DNA of 64,000 nt from Burkholderiales bacterium (lineage in GTDB: Bacteria > Pseudomonadota > Gammaproteobacteria > Burkholderiales > SG8-39), in contig JBASCW010000023.1 in NCBI GenBank assembly GCA_049651845.1, positions 111 through 64,110 of the forward strand, in the 5' to 3' direction. The notes below the pieces were generated by a model that was given only the letters and a program-made list of their open reading frames with translations, did no database searches and was not told the origin of the DNA. Of the stretch, positions 23,459 to 33,652 are shown piece by piece; within the stretch, counting starts at the first letter, position 1; each line of letters begins with the position of its first letter. Made by a program: the position numbers and the translations under genes.

Positions 23459-25972
23459 TCATGCAGCTTCAAGGTCGGTCTCCCGCTCCTCGGGCCGCGC
23501 CGGCCGGATCTGCTCGCGCTCGGCGACGAACACCACGTTGCGGTCGGGCTCGTCGCTGTTCACGAAATGGCGGAAGCGCTTGAGGATCTCGGGCGTCTCG
23601 ACCGCCTGCTTCCATTCGCAGGTGTAGCTGTCGACGAACTTCTGCATGTCGGCTTCCAGCTCGGCGCCGATGCCGAGCGAGTCCTCGCACACCGCGCGCC
23701 GCACGTAGTCGATGCCGCCCTCCAGGTTTTCGAGCCAGGTGCTGGTGCGCTGCAGCCGGTCGCCGGTGCGGATGTAGAGCATGAGGAAGCGGTCGATGAA
23801 ACGGATCAGCGTTTCGTCATCCAGATCCTTGGCGAGCAGGTCCGCGTGGCGCGGCTTCATGCCGCCATTGCCGCAGACATAGAGGTTCCAGCCCTTTTCG
23901 GTGGCGATGATGCCGACGTCCTTGCCCTGCGCCTCGGCGCATTCGCGCGTGCAGCCCGAGACCGCCATCTTCAGCTTGTGCGGCGAGCGCAGGCCGCGGT
24001 AGCGCTGCTCGATCCGGATCGCCATCGCCACCGAGTCCTGCACGCCGTAGCGGCACCAGGTGCTGCCAACGCAGGACTTGACCGTGCGCAGCGCCTTGCC
24101 GTAGGCGTGGCCCGACTCGAAGCCGGCGTCGATGAGCTCCTTCCACACCAGCGGCAGCTGCTCGACGCGCGCGCCGAACAGGTCGATACGCTGCGCGCCG
24201 GTGATCTTGGTATAGAGGCCGAACTTCTTCGCCACCTCGCCCAGCGCGATCAGCTTGGCGGGCGTGATTTCCCCGCCCGGGACCCGGGGAACCACCGAGT
24301 ACGTGCCGTCCTTCTGCAGGTTGGCGAGGAAGCGGTCGTTGGTGTCCTGCAGCGGCGCGTGCTTGGGCTTCAAGATCATCTCGTTCCAGCACGAAGCGAA
24401 GATCGAGGCCGCCGCCGGCTTGCAGATGTCGCAGCCTCTGCCCCGACCGTGTTTCTCCAGGAGTTCCTTGAAGCTTTTCAGGTTTTCAATTCGGACAAGA
24501 TGGAACAACTCTTGTCTCGAGTAAGCGAAATGCTCGCAGAGATGATTGTTGACCCGGAAGCCGCGCTTCTTCATTTCGGCGTCGAGGATCTGCTTGGCGA
24601 GCGGCCCGCAGCCGCCGCAACTGGTTGCAGCTTTTGTTTTTGACTTCAATGATCCCAGGGAGCTGCAGCCCCCGGCGATAGCGGCGCAAATATCCCCCTT
24701 CGTGACTCCATTGCAGGAGCAGACGAGCGCCGCATCGGGCAGCAGCTCGATGCCGAGGCCCTTCTTGCCCTCGCGCGCGGGCAGGATCAGCTCCTCGGGA
24801 TGCTCGGGCAGCGGCAGCGGGTTGAGCGCCATCTGCAGCAGCGTTCCGTAGTCGGCCGCGTCGCCCACCAGGATCGCGCCCAGCAGCTGCTTGCGGTCCT
24901 CGGCGACCACCAGCTTCTTGTAGACGCCGGCGGCTTCGTCGGTGAACACGTAGTTCAGCGCGCCCGGCGTGCTGCCGTGCGCGTCGCCGATCGAGCAGAC
25001 GTCCACGCCCATGAGCTTCAGCTTGGTGCTCATGTCGGCGCCGAGGAACTGCAGCAGCGATTCACCCAGCAGGTGGCGCGCCGCGACCTCGGCCATCTGG
25101 TAGCCGGGCGCGACCAGGCCGAAGGTCCGGCCTTCCCAGAGCGCGCATTCGCCGATCGCGTAGATGTCGGGATTGGCGGTCTGGCAGTGCGAGTTGATGC
25201 GGATGCCGCCGCGCTCGCCGACCGCGATGCCGGCCGCGCGCGCTAGCTCGTCGCGCGGCCGGATGCCCGCGGAGAACACCACGAGATCGGTCTCAAGGCT
25301 GGTGCCGTCCACGAACACCAGCCTGTTGCGGGCGGCTTCGCCCTTGACGATCTCTTTGGTGTTCTTGGAAACGTGGATCGTCGCGCCGAGCGCCTCGATC
25401 TTGCGGCGCAGGAGCCGTCCGGCCGAATCGTCTAGCTGCAACGCCATCAGCCGGGGCGCGAACTCTACGATGTGCGTCTCGAGGCCGAGGTCCTTCAGCG
25501 CCTTCGCCGCCTCCAGGCCGAGCAGGCCGCCGCCGATGACTGCGCCGGTCTTCGCGCCAGCCGCCTTCGCCGCAATGGTCTCGAGATCCTCGATCGTGCG
25601 GTAGACGAAGCAGTCGCGCCGGTCGCGCCCGGCCACCGGCGGCACAAAGGGACTCGAGCCGGTGGCGAACACCAGCTTGTCGTAGGGGACTTCCTTGTAG
25701 CGCGCCGAGCGCACCACCTTCCTGACGGGGTCGATCGCGAGCACGCTGTCGTTCAGGCGCAAGGTGATCTTCGAATCGACGAAGAAGTCCTTTTTCACCA
25801 GCGCGAGATCTGATGCCGTTTTGCCAGAAAAAAAACTGGTCAGCTGCACCCGGTCATACGCCGGCCGGGGTTCCTCGCAGAAAACGGTGATCTCGCAATC
25901 ACGATTGCGTGCGACCAGCTGCTCGAGGAAGCGCTGGCCGACCATGCCATTGCCAATGACGGTGACTCGCAT
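23459..25972 (-). CDS. nirB: NAD(P)H nitrite reductase large subunit
   Basis: GNGMVG FAD site, GGGLLGLE, BFD Cys clusters, siroheme motifs CVGSTWC and SGCTREC. Confidence 0.96.
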   Translation of the reverse strand: MRVTVIGNGMVGQRFLEQLVARNRDCEITVFCEEPRPAYDRVQLTSFFSGKTASDLALVKKDFFVDSKITLRLNDSVLAIDPVRKVVRSARYKEVPYDKLVFATGSSPFVPPVAGRDRRDCFVYRTIEDLETIAAKAAGAKTGAVIGGGLLGLEAAKALKDLGLETHIVEFAPRLMALQLDDSAGRLLRRKIEALGATIHVSKNTKEIVKGEAARNRLVFVDGTSLETDLVVFSAGIRPRDELARAAGIAVGERGGIRINSHCQTANPDIYAIGECALWEGRTFGLVAPGYQMAEVAARHLLGESLLQFLGADMSTKLKLMGVDVCSIGDAHGSTPGALNYVFTDEAAGVYKKLVVAEDRKQLLGAILVGDAADYGTLLQMALNPLPLPEHPEELILPAREGKKGLGIELLPDAALVCSCNGVTKGDICAAIAGGCSSLGSLKSKTKAATSCGGCGPLAKQILDAEMKKRGFRVNNHLCEHFAYSRQELFHLVRIENLKSFKELLEKHGRGRGCDICKPAAASIFASCWNEMILKPKHAPLQDTNDRFLANLQKDGTYSVVPRVPGGEITPAKLIALGEVAKKFGLYTKITGAQRIDLFGARVEQLPLVWKELIDAGFESGHAYGKALRTVKSCVGSTWCRYGVQDSVAMAIRIEQRYRGLRSPHKLKMAVSGCTRECAEAQGKDVGIIATEKGWNLYVCGNGGMKPRHADLLAKDLDDETLIRFIDRFLMLYIRTGDRLQRTSTWLENLEGGIDYVRRAVCEDSLGIGAELEADMQKFVDSYTCEWKQAVETPEILKRFRHFVNSDEPDRNVVFVAEREQIRPARPEERETDLEAA

Positions 25973-26757
25973 CAGGCAGCCTGCTTGAGCTGCTTGCGGT
26001 AGAGGAAATCCATCACCGTGGTGCGCAGCTCTATGTAGCGGCGGCTGCCGGCGAGCTCGAGGCGCTGGCGCGGGCGCGGCAGGTCCACTTCGACGATGCC
26101 GCCAATGCGCGCCGCGGGCCCGTTGGTCATCATCACGATGCGGTCCGAGAGCAGCACGGCCTCGTCCACGTCGTGCGTCACCATGAGCACGGTGGCGTGC
26201 GTGTTCTCGACGATGCGCACCAGCTCGTCCTGCAGGTTGGCGCGCGTGAGCGCATCGAGCGCGCCGAAAGGCTCGTCGAGCAGCAGCACCTTGGGCTCGA
26301 TCGCGAGCGCGCGCGCGATGCCGACGCGCTGCTTCATGCCGCCGGAGATCTCATGCGGATACTTGGCCTCGGCCGCCGTGAGCCCCACCATCGCGAGCGC
26401 CTTGTGGGTGCGCTCCTTGAGCAGCGGCTTCTTCTCGCGGAACACGCGCTCCACCGCGAGATAGACGTTGTCGAAGCAGGTGAGCCAGGGCAGCAGCGAG
26501 TGGTTCTGGAACACCACGCCGCGGTCCGGTCCCGGGCCCGCGATCTCGCGCTCGGCGAGCAGGATGCCGCCTTCGGTCGGCTGCAGCAGCCCGGCCACGA
26601 GGTTGAGCAGCGTCGACTTGCCGCAGCCCGAGTGGCCGATCAGCGCCACGAACTCGCCCTTCCTGATATTGAGGTCGATGCGCTCGAGCGCGACGAAGCT
26701 GCCCTTGCGGGTATCGAAGGTCATGCCGACGTCGTCGATGCGCAGGTACTTGTCCAT
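25972..26757 (-). CDS. nasD: Nitrate ABC transporter ATP-binding protein
   Basis: GHSGCGKST, ISGGMKQR, LLDEPF; real start MDKYLRIDD at 26757. Confidence 0.92.
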   Translation of the reverse strand: MDKYLRIDDVGMTFDTRKGSFVALERIDLNIRKGEFVALIGHSGCGKSTLLNLVAGLLQPTEGGILLAEREIAGPGPDRGVVFQNHSLLPWLTCFDNVYLAVERVFREKKPLLKERTHKALAMVGLTAAEAKYPHEISGGMKQRVGIARALAIEPKVLLLDEPFGALDALTRANLQDELVRIVENTHATVLMVTHDVDEAVLLSDRIVMMTNGPAARIGGIVEVDLPRPRQRLELAGSRRYIELRTTVMDFLYRKQLKQAA

Positions 26758-26771
26758 GGCGCGGTCCCCGG

Positions 26772-27695
26772 TCAGGTGTAGCTGAAGCGCTTGGCGAGCA
26801 GCACCAGCGCCTGCTCGAGCAGCAGGCCGACGATGCCGATGGTGAAGATCGCAATGATGATGTGCTCGACCTTCAGATTGTTCCATTCGTCCCAGACCCA
26901 GAAGCCGATGCCGATGCCGCCGGTGAGCATCTCGGCGGTGACGATCACCAGCCAGGCCACGCCGATCGACAGGCGCACGCCGGTGATCATGTAGGGCAGC
27001 ACCGCGGGGAACAGGATGGTCTTGAACACCTTCCATTCCGACAGGTTCAGCACGCGCGCGACGTTCAGGTAGTCCTGGGGGATCTGGCGCACGCCGACCG
27101 CGGTGTTGACGATCATCGGCCACAGGCTGCAGACGAAGATCACGTAGATCGCCGCCGGGTTCGCGGCCTTGAACAGCAGCAGGCCGATCGGCAGCCAGGC
27201 AAGCGGCGACACCGGCTTGAACAGCGCGATGATCGGCGCCGCCATGCCGGAGAGGAACCGGAAGCGTCCGATCATGAAGCCGAGCGGGATGCCGACCGCG
27301 GCCGCGAGTCCGAAGCCGATGCCGACGCGCTTGAGCGACGAGAGCACGTTCCAGCCGATGCCCTGGTCGTTCGGGCCCTTGGAGTAGAACGGGTCGGAGA
27401 AGATCGCCACCGCGGCCTGCCAGACCACGCCCGGCCCGGGGATGCGGCCGCCCTGGCGCGCGACGATCTCCCAGAGCGCGATGAAGGCCGCGATGCCGGC
27501 GAGCATCGCGAGCGCGCTGACCATCCACTCCGGCGCGCGCGCCCGGCGGTAGCCGGAGGTCGCTGCCTTGGCGGCCTTCACTTTCGCCGCGTCCGCGCGC
27601 GCCGCGAGCGCGGCGGCGGCCGGATGCGGGCCCGAAGTGGACACTGCGGCGCGCAGGGAAACCACCGTCGTTGCGGAAACCGGAACGGCGCTCAT
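26772..27695 (-). CDS. nasE: Nitrate ABC transporter permease
   Basis: NrtB-like PVSPLAWLPIGL and WLVIVTAEML.GG.GIGF. Confidence 0.92.
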   Translation of the reverse strand: MSAVPVSATTVVSLRAAVSTSGPHPAAAALAARADAAKVKAAKAATSGYRRARAPEWMVSALAMLAGIAAFIALWEIVARQGGRIPGPGVVWQAAVAIFSDPFYSKGPNDQGIGWNVLSSLKRVGIGFGLAAAVGIPLGFMIGRFRFLSGMAAPIIALFKPVSPLAWLPIGLLLFKAANPAAIYVIFVCSLWPMIVNTAVGVRQIPQDYLNVARVLNLSEWKVFKTILFPAVLPYMITGVRLSIGVAWLVIVTAEMLTGGIGIGFWVWDEWNNLKVEHIIIAIFTIGIVGLLLEQALVLLAKRFSYT

Positions 27696-28943
27696 TTAGG
27701 CCACCTTGACCTTGAAGGAGCTCGCATACTTCTTCGCGTCCTTGCCGTCCCAGACCACGCCGTCCATGAGCTTGGCGGCGCGCATCGGCTCCTTGGGCAG
27801 CGGCGTCTTGGTGAGCGCGGCGGCGTCCTTGTAGACGTCGATGCGGTTCACCTTCTTCGCCACCGCGAGGTACTCCGGGTCCTCCTTGAGCAGGCCCCAG
27901 CGCCGGTGCTGCGTCATGAACCACATGCCGTCCGAGAGGAACGGAAAGGTGACGTAGCCGTCGTTGTAGAACTTCATGTGGTCCCTGTCGTCCCAGACCT
28001 TGCCGATGCCGTTGTCGTAGCGCCCGAGCATGCGCGCGACGATCACGTCCTTGTCGGTGTTGACGTAGGACTTGTCGGAGACGACTTCGGCGGTCTTCTG
28101 GCGGTTGGAGAGCGAAGCGTCGATCCAGCGGCCGGCATCGATCACTGCCGCCGTCATGGCGCGCGCGGTGTTCGGGTACTTCTGCACGAAATCGGCGCTG
28201 CAGCCGAGCGTCTTCTCGGGGTGGTCCCTCCACAGATCCTGCGTGGTGTTCGCCGTGAAGCCGATCTTGTCCATGATCGCGCGGTAGTTCCAGGGCTCGC
28301 CGACGCAGTAGCCGTCCATGTTGCCGACGCGCATGTTGGCCACCATCTGCGGCGGCGGCACGACGATCGCCTTCACGTCCTGGAACGGGTGGATGCCGTG
28401 CGCGGCGAGCCAGTAATAGAGCCACATCGCGTGCGTTCCGGTCGGGAAGGTCTGCGCGAAGGTGTATTCGCCTTTCTCCTTCCTGATCAGGTCGTGCAGC
28501 GAGTGGCCGTCCCTGACGCCCCTGTCGTAGAGCTTGCGCGAGAGGGTGAATGCCTGGCCGTTGTGGTTCAGGTTCATGAGCACGGCCATGTCCTTCTTCG
28601 GGCCGCCGATGCCCATCTGCACGCCGTAGATCAGGCCGTAGAGCACGTGCGCGGCGTCGAGCTCGCCGTTGACGAGCTTGTCGCGCACCGCGGCCCAGGA
28701 GGCTTCCTTCGACGGGACGATCTTGATGCCGTACTTCTTGTCGAACTCCATGACCGAGGCCATCACCACCGACGAGCAGTCGGTGAGCGGGATGAAGCCG
28801 ATCTTCACCTCCTTCTTCTCGGGCGCGTCCGAGCCCGCAGCCCAGGCGCCGGTGCGCACCGCGTTCGGCACCAGGCTCATGAGACCCGCCGCCGTGGCTT
28901 GTCTGAGAAACCTGCGCCGCCTGCTGAGGATCGGTTCATTCAT
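27696..28943 (-). CDS. nasF: Nitrate ABC transporter substrate-binding protein (NrtA/CmpA family), Tat-type signal
   Basis: MNEPILSRRRRFL...; IGFIPLTD, AQTFPTGTH, VGEPWN; GGAG RBS. Confidence 0.92.
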   Translation of the reverse strand: MNEPILSRRRRFLRQATAAGLMSLVPNAVRTGAWAAGSDAPEKKEVKIGFIPLTDCSSVVMASVMEFDKKYGIKIVPSKEASWAAVRDKLVNGELDAAHVLYGLIYGVQMGIGGPKKDMAVLMNLNHNGQAFTLSRKLYDRGVRDGHSLHDLIRKEKGEYTFAQTFPTGTHAMWLYYWLAAHGIHPFQDVKAIVVPPPQMVANMRVGNMDGYCVGEPWNYRAIMDKIGFTANTTQDLWRDHPEKTLGCSADFVQKYPNTARAMTAAVIDAGRWIDASLSNRQKTAEVVSDKSYVNTDKDVIVARMLGRYDNGIGKVWDDRDHMKFYNDGYVTFPFLSDGMWFMTQHRRWGLLKEDPEYLAVAKKVNRIDVYKDAAALTKTPLPKEPMRAAKLMDGVVWDGKDAKKYASSFKVKVA

Positions 28944-28953
28944 CGCGTTCTCC

Positions 28954-29039
28954 AAAAAAGAAGGGCGCTCGCTGCGACGGCCGATCAACCGGCCCGCGAC
29001 GAACGCCCTTGTTTCGGCCGGGCGCGCCATTGCGCCCGG
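28954..29039 (-). promoter_or_regulatory. ANTAR (NasT) antitermination leader: two hexaloop hairpins plus overlapping intrinsic terminator
   Basis: P1 CCGGGCGC-AATGGC-GCGCCCGG (29039-29018). P2 loop AAGGGC (29016-29000). Both loops have A1/G4. Terminator stem 29010-29000 / 28971-28961 followed by a U-tract. Confidence 0.8.
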
Positions 29040-29054
29040 ACTCGCCTTCAGCTT

Positions 29055-29070
29055 TGCAAAGCCTGTGCCA
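29055..29070 (-). promoter_or_regulatory. sigma54 promoter of the nasFED-nirB-nirD/nasA operon
   Basis: TGGCACAGGCTTTGCA with correct GG-N10-GC spacing. Confidence 0.8.
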
Positions 29071-29112
29071 TCAAAAAATTCAACAAAAACAATGAAAGGA
29101 ATACATGGCGCA

Positions 29113-29129
29113 CGCACTGTTGCGGTGCA
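29113..29129. promoter_or_regulatory. Candidate NtrC-type enhancer site
   Basis: CGCACT-N5-GGTGCA versus consensus TGCACC-N5-GGTGCA; lies upstream of the sigma54 promoter beyond an A-rich tract. Confidence 0.5.
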
Positions 29130-29156
29130 CCACGCACCGTCAGCAAGCGGAAAGCC

Positions 29157-29735
29157 TCAGGCCTTGCCGAGCAGCTCGGCCGCGTCGATGAACTGCTGCG
29201 CGGTCTCGCCGAGGCGCTGCTTTTTCGCCATCGCGAGCTTGCGCAGCGCGTGGTACGCGTCGTCTTCCGACAGCCCGCGCGACTGCATGAGCAGGCCCTT
29301 GGCGCGCTCGACGAGCTTGCGCTCGGTGAGCTTGAGGTTGGCGTCGGCGAGCTCGATGCGCAGGCGCTGGAATTCCTCGAAGCGCGCGCAGGCGACCTCG
29401 ACGATGCTGCTCACGCGGCTCGCGTCCAGGCCGTCCACCACGTAGGCCGACACGCCCGCGCGCACCGCATCGCGGATCGCCTCGCCGCCCGCGTCAGAGG
29501 AGAACATGACGATCGGCCTCGGGCTCGCCTGACTGATGATGACCACGTGCTCGAGCACGTCGCGCGTCGGCGAATCGGTGTCGATGACGATGACGTCCGG
29601 TTTCTGTGTTTCTACGGCACGCAGCAGCTCGAGCGGCGAAGCGATCGACGCGGCGACCTCGTGGCCGGCCGCAGTCAGCGCCTCGCGCAGCAGCGCGGCG
29701 CGCTCGTCGGATTCGTCGACGACCAGGACCCGCAT
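29157..29735 (-). CDS. nasT: ANTAR-domain response regulator
   Basis: Receiver-like N-terminus (D.IVID...P.RD.LE) and ANTAR ERKLVERAKGLLM...SEDDAY..LRK.AM. Confidence 0.92.
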   Translation of the reverse strand: MRVLVVDESDERAALLREALTAAGHEVAASIASPLELLRAVETQKPDVIVIDTDSPTRDVLEHVVIISQASPRPIVMFSSDAGGEAIRDAVRAGVSAYVVDGLDASRVSSIVEVACARFEEFQRLRIELADANLKLTERKLVERAKGLLMQSRGLSEDDAYHALRKLAMAKKQRLGETAQQFIDAAELLGKA

Positions 29736-29742
29736 GACGCGG

Positions 29743-29856
29743 CTAGATCAGGCAGGCCAGCGTCGCGAGCAGCAGAAACACCAGCGCCCAGCGGCTCAGC
29801 CGGTTGACGCGGTCTTCGAGAGGAAGGCTCCGGAAGGTGGCGGTGAAGAGGCTCAT
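29743..29856 (-). CDS. 37-aa small membrane peptide upstream of nasT (below track cutoff)
   Basis: MSLFTATFRSLPLEDRVNRLSRWALVFLLLATLACLI*; stop is 7 nt before the nasT ATG. Confidence 0.45.
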   Translation of the reverse strand: MSLFTATFRSLPLEDRVNRLSRWALVFLLLATLACLI

Positions 29857-29866
29857 GCCCGATACG

Positions 29867-29882
29867 TGCAGGAAGCGTGCCA
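29867..29882 (-). promoter_or_regulatory. sigma54 promoter upstream of small ORF-nasT
   Basis: TGGCACGCTTCCTGCA, GG-N10-GC. Confidence 0.7.
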
Positions 29883-29930
29883 GCCGGAACCGCGCATTTC
29901 CCTTCACGGGCATGCACTATGCTTGGGCGC

Positions 29931-30218
29931 ATGTCCGTGAGCTTTTCTCGGCACAGCTTTCTCAGCTTTTCGCCGGCCGGATTCCACCGCATCGCGTACC
30001 TCGACTGGGGCAAACGCGCGGCCGCCCAGGTGGTGGTCTGCGTGCACGGCCTGTCGCGCAACAGCCGCGACTTCGACTGGCTGTCGCGCGACATCGCGCT
30101 GCAGATGCAGGCGATGCGGCCGGACGTGGAGGTGCTCGAGCTGCCCGGCGTCGGCCACGCGCCGGCGCTGATGAGCTACGATCAGATTGCGGCGGTGCGC
30201 GCGTTCCTGCTGCGCTGA
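29931..30218 (+). pseudogene. Alpha/beta hydrolase with a large internal in-frame deletion
   Basis: N-terminal VCVHGLSRNSRDFD is joined directly to C-terminal PGVGHAPALM..DQI..VRAFL; the nucleophile elbow is missing; 95 aa. Confidence 0.7.
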
Positions 30219-30233
30219 GCCGGGCCCGCCGAG

Positions 30234-30262
30234 TTGACGTTTACGTAAACGTCAAGTAGGCT
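30234..30262 (+). promoter_or_regulatory. LiuR-type operator (22-bp perfect palindrome) within the icmF promoter
   Basis: TTGACGTTTACGTAAACGTCAA 30234-30255; -35 TTGACG, 17-bp spacer, -10 TAGGCT 30257-30262. Confidence 0.8.
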
Positions 30263-30313
30263 GACCGATCCCCTGCGGAGGGGGGTCACATCCCCGGAGG
30301 GGATCCAACGACG

Positions 30314-33300
30314 ATGACCGACCTGTCCGAGTCCAAGAGCCTGGTCTACAAGGCGAAACACAAGATCCGCCTGGTGACGGCCGCGAGCCTGTTCGACGGG
30401 CACGACGCGTCGATCAACATCATGCGGCGCATCCTGCAGGCTTCCGGCGCCGAGGTGATCCACCTCGGCCACAACCGCTCGGTGGACGACGTGGTCACCG
30501 CCGCGCTCGACGAGGATACGCAGGGCATCGCGGTCTCGTCCTACCAGGGTGGCCACCTCGAGTACTTCAAGTACGTGGTCGACCAGCTGCGAGCGCGCGG
30601 CGGCGGCAGCATCCAGGTGTTCGGCGGCGGCGGCGGCGTGATCGTCGCAGAGGAAATCGCCGAACTGCAGGCCTTCGGCGTGGCGCGCATCTATTCGCCC
30701 GAGGATGGCCAGCGAATGGGCCTGCAGGGCATGATCAACGACATGCTCGCGCGCTGCGACTTCGATCCCGCGCGGCATGCGCCGAAGGACCTCAAGGGGC
30801 TGCTGGGCGGCGACCGCCGCGCGCTGGCACAGATCATCACGGCATTGGAATTGGGGGTTTGCAGTTCCAATGTGAAAAAAGCGCTTCTGGAACAGGCCGA
30901 AGCAGAGCGCATGCCCGTCCTCGGCGTGACCGGCACAGGCGGCGCCGGCAAGAGCTCGTTGACGGATGAGCTAGTGCGGCGCCTTCGCATCGACCAGGGC
31001 GACCGCCTGAAGATCGCGGTGATCTCGGTCGATCCGACGCGGCGCAAGACCGGTGGCGCGCTGCTCGGCGACCGCATTCGCATGAACGCGATCCACGGTC
31101 CGAAGGTCTACATGCGCTCGCTCGCGACGCGCGGATCGGGCGCCGAGGTCGCGGCCTGCCTGCCGGAAGTGATCGCCGCCTGCCGCGCCGCGCGCTTCGA
31201 CCTCGTGATCGTCGAGACCTCGGGCATCGGCCAGGGCGACGCGGCCATCGTGCCGCTGGTGGACGCGTCGCTGTACGTGATGACGCCGGAATTCGGCGCC
31301 GCGAGCCAGCTCGAGAAGATCGACATGCTCGACTTCGCCGACCTGGTGGCGATCAACAAGTTCGACCGCAAGGGCGCCGAGGACGCGCTGCGCGACGTAC
31401 GCAAGCAGGTGCAGCGCAACCGCCAGGCGTTCACGACTGCGCCGGAGGCGATGCCCGTCTACGGCACCATCGCCTCACGCTTCAATGACGACGGCGTCAC
31501 CGCGCTCTATCACGGCATCGCCGCCAAGCTAGCAACGAAGGGCCTGCGCCTCGAGCCGGGCGCGCTGCCCAAGCCCGCCTCGCCCGTCTCCTCGAACGTG
31601 AACGTGGTGGTGCCGCCCAAGCGCGCGCGTTACCTCGCCGAGATCGCCGAGGCGCTGCGTGCCTATCACGAGCATGCGCTTGCGCAGTCGCGCCTCGCGC
31701 GCGACCGGCAGAGCCTGCAGGCCGCGCGGCGCCTGAGCGGCCTCGCGGAGCTCGACGCGCTGATCGCGCAGGCCGATGCCAGGCTCGACGCGCATTCGAA
31801 GAAGCTGCTGGAGATGTGGCCGGATACCGTCAAGGCCTACGCCGGCGACGAATACGTGGTGAAGATCCGCGACCGCGAAGTGCGCACCAAGCTCACCACG
31901 AAGTCGCTCTCGGGCACGAAGGTGCGCAAAGTCGTGCTGCCGAAGTTCGAGGACGCGGGCGAGATCCTGCGCTGGCAGCTGCGCGAGAACGTGCCGGGGT
32001 CCTTCCCGTACACCGCGGGCGTGTTCGCGTTCAAGCGCGAGAACGAGGACCCGACGCGCATGTTCGCGGGCGAGGGCGATCCGTTCCGCACCAACAAGCG
32101 CTTCCACCTGCTGTCGAAGGACATGCCGGCGAAGCGCCTATCGACCGCCTTCGACTCGGTGACGCTGTACGGCTTCGACCCGGACGAGCGCCCGGACATC
32201 TACGGCAAGGTGGGCAATTCCGGGGTGTCGATCGCGACGCTGGACGACATGAAGGTGCTATACTCGGGCTTCGACCTGTGCGCGGCGAACAACTCGGTGT
32301 CGATGACGATCAACGGCCCGGCGCCGACGATCCTCGCGATGTTCTTCAACACGGCGATCGACCAGCAGGTCGACAAGTTCGTCGCCGACAACGGCCGGCA
32401 GCCGACCGACGACGAACTGGAGAAGATCCGCTGCTGGACGCTCGCCACCGTGCGCGGCACGGTGCAGGCCGACATCCTCAAGGAAGACCAGGGCCAGAAT
32501 ACCTGCATCTTCTCCACCGAGTTCTCGCTCAAGGTGATGGGCGACATCCAGGATTACTTCATCCGCAACCAGGTGCGCAACTTCTACTCGGTGTCGATCT
32601 CCGGCTACCACATCGCCGAGGCCGGCGCCAACCCGATCAGCCAGCTCGCCTTCACGCTCGCCAACGGCTTCACCTTCGTCGAGGCCTACCTCGCGCGCGG
32701 CATGCGCATCGACGACTTCGCGCCGAACCTGTCGTTCTTCTTCAGCTACGGCATGGACCCGGAGTACTCGGTGATCGGCCGCGTGGCGCGCCGCATCTGG
32801 GCGGTGGCCATGAAGAACCGCTACGGCGCCAGCGAGCGCAGCCAGAAGCTCAAGTTCCACTCGCAGACCAGCGGCCGCAGCCTGCACGCGCAGGAGATCG
32901 CGTTCAACGACATCCGCACCACGCTGCAGGCGCTGATCTCCTCCTACGACAACACCAACTCGCTGCACACCAACGCCTACGACGAGGCGATCACCACCCC
33001 CACCGAGGAATCGGTGCGCCGCGCGATGGCGATCCAGCTGATCATCAACAAGGAATGGGGCCTCGCCAAGAACGAGAACCCGAACCAGGGCAGCTTCGTG
33101 ATCGAGGAGCTCACCGACCTCGTGGAAGAGGCGGTGCTCAAGGAGTTCGAGGCGATCAGCGCGCGCGGCGGCGTGCTCGGGGCGATGGAGACCGGCTACC
33201 AGCGCGGCAAGATCCAGGAAGAGTCGATGCATTACGAGCACCTCAAGCACTCGGGCGAATACCCGATCGTGGGCGTGAACACCTTCCGCAACCCGCACGG

Positions 33301-33553
33301 CGATTCGGTACCCGCGAAGCTAGAGCTGATCCGCTCGACCGAAGAAGAGAAGCAATCCCAGCTGAAGCGGCTGCGTGCGTTCCAGCGGAGGAATTCCTCT
33401 GTTTCGAAACCCATGCTGCAGCGCCTGCAGCAGGCGGTGATCGACAACGGGAACGTGTTCGCCGTGCTCATGGACGCGGTGCGCGTCTGCTCCCTGGGGC
33501 AGATCACGCACGCGCTCTTCGAAGTCGGAGGGCAGTACCGCCGCAACATGTAA
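30314..33553 (+). CDS. icmF: Fused isobutyryl-CoA mutase/MeaB-like GTPase
   Basis: B12-binding FDGHDASIN; GTPase GTGGAGKSS and VETSGIG; mutase TIM barrel ([25 protein letters not shown]). Confidence 0.95.
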   Translation: MTDLSESKSLVYKAKHKIRLVTAASLFDGHDASINIMRRILQASGAEVIHLGHNRSVDDVVTAALDEDTQGIAVSSYQGGHLEYFKYVVDQLRARGGGSIQVFGGGGGVIVAEEIAELQAFGVARIYSPEDGQRMGLQGMINDMLARCDFDPARHAPKDLKGLLGGDRRALAQIITALELGVCSSNVKKALLEQAEAERMPVLGVTGTGGAGKSSLTDELVRRLRIDQGDRLKIAVISVDPTRRKTGGALLGDRIRMNAIHGPKVYMRSLATRGSGAEVAACLPEVIAACRAARFDLVIVETSGIGQGDAAIVPLVDASLYVMTPEFGAASQLEKIDMLDFADLVAINKFDRKGAEDALRDVRKQVQRNRQAFTTAPEAMPVYGTIASRFNDDGVTALYHGIAAKLATKGLRLEPGALPKPASPVSSNVNVVVPPKRARYLAEIAEALRAYHEHALAQSRLARDRQSLQAARRLSGLAELDALIAQADARLDAHSKKLLEMWPDTVKAYAGDEYVVKIRDREVRTKLTTKSLSGTKVRKVVLPKFEDAGEILRWQLRENVPGSFPYTAGVFAFKRENEDPTRMFAGEGDPFRTNKRFHLLSKDMPAKRLSTAFDSVTLYGFDPDERPDIYGKVGNSGVSIATLDDMKVLYSGFDLCAANNSVSMTINGPAPTILAMFFNTAIDQQVDKFVADNGRQPTDDELEKIRCWTLATVRGTVQADILKEDQGQNTCIFSTEFSLKVMGDIQDYFIRNQVRNFYSVSISGYHIAEAGANPISQLAFTLANGFTFVEAYLARGMRIDDFAPNLSFFFSYGMDPEYSVIGRVARRIWAVAMKNRYGASERSQKLKFHSQTSGRSLHAQEIAFNDIRTTLQALISSYDNTNSLHTNAYDEAITTPTEESVRRAMAIQLIINKEWGLAKNENPNQGSFVIEELTDLVEEAVLKEFEAISARGGVLGAMETGYQRGKIQEESMHYEHLKHSGEYPIVGVNTFRNPHGDSVPAKLELIRSTEEEKQSQLKRLRAFQRRNSSVSKPMLQRLQQAVIDNGNVFAVLMDAVRVCSLGQITHALFEVGGQYRRNM

Positions 33554-33591
33554 GCCGCGCCCTTCCACGGGGTGCTGCAGCGCGCGGACGC

Positions 33592-33632
33592 TTGATCCAG
33601 GTCAAGACGGGCGCGCGACGTCGGGCTAGGGT
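33592..33632 (+). promoter_or_regulatory. FNR/Anr-like box with class II promoter geometry
   Basis: TTGAT-CCAG-GTCAA 33592-33605 (1 mismatch from TTGAT-N4-ATCAA); -10-like TAGGGT 33627-33632. Confidence 0.55.
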
Positions 33633-33652
33633 GTCCGCTAGGGAAACTCCCG

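Noticed and set aside
25972..28425. Apparent long fusion ORFs (817 aa here; also 47211..49304, 38861..40885, 58024..59499, 59566..60684)
   Set aside because: The N-terminal extensions are off-frame readings of upstream genes; the real starts with RBS or overlap are internal.
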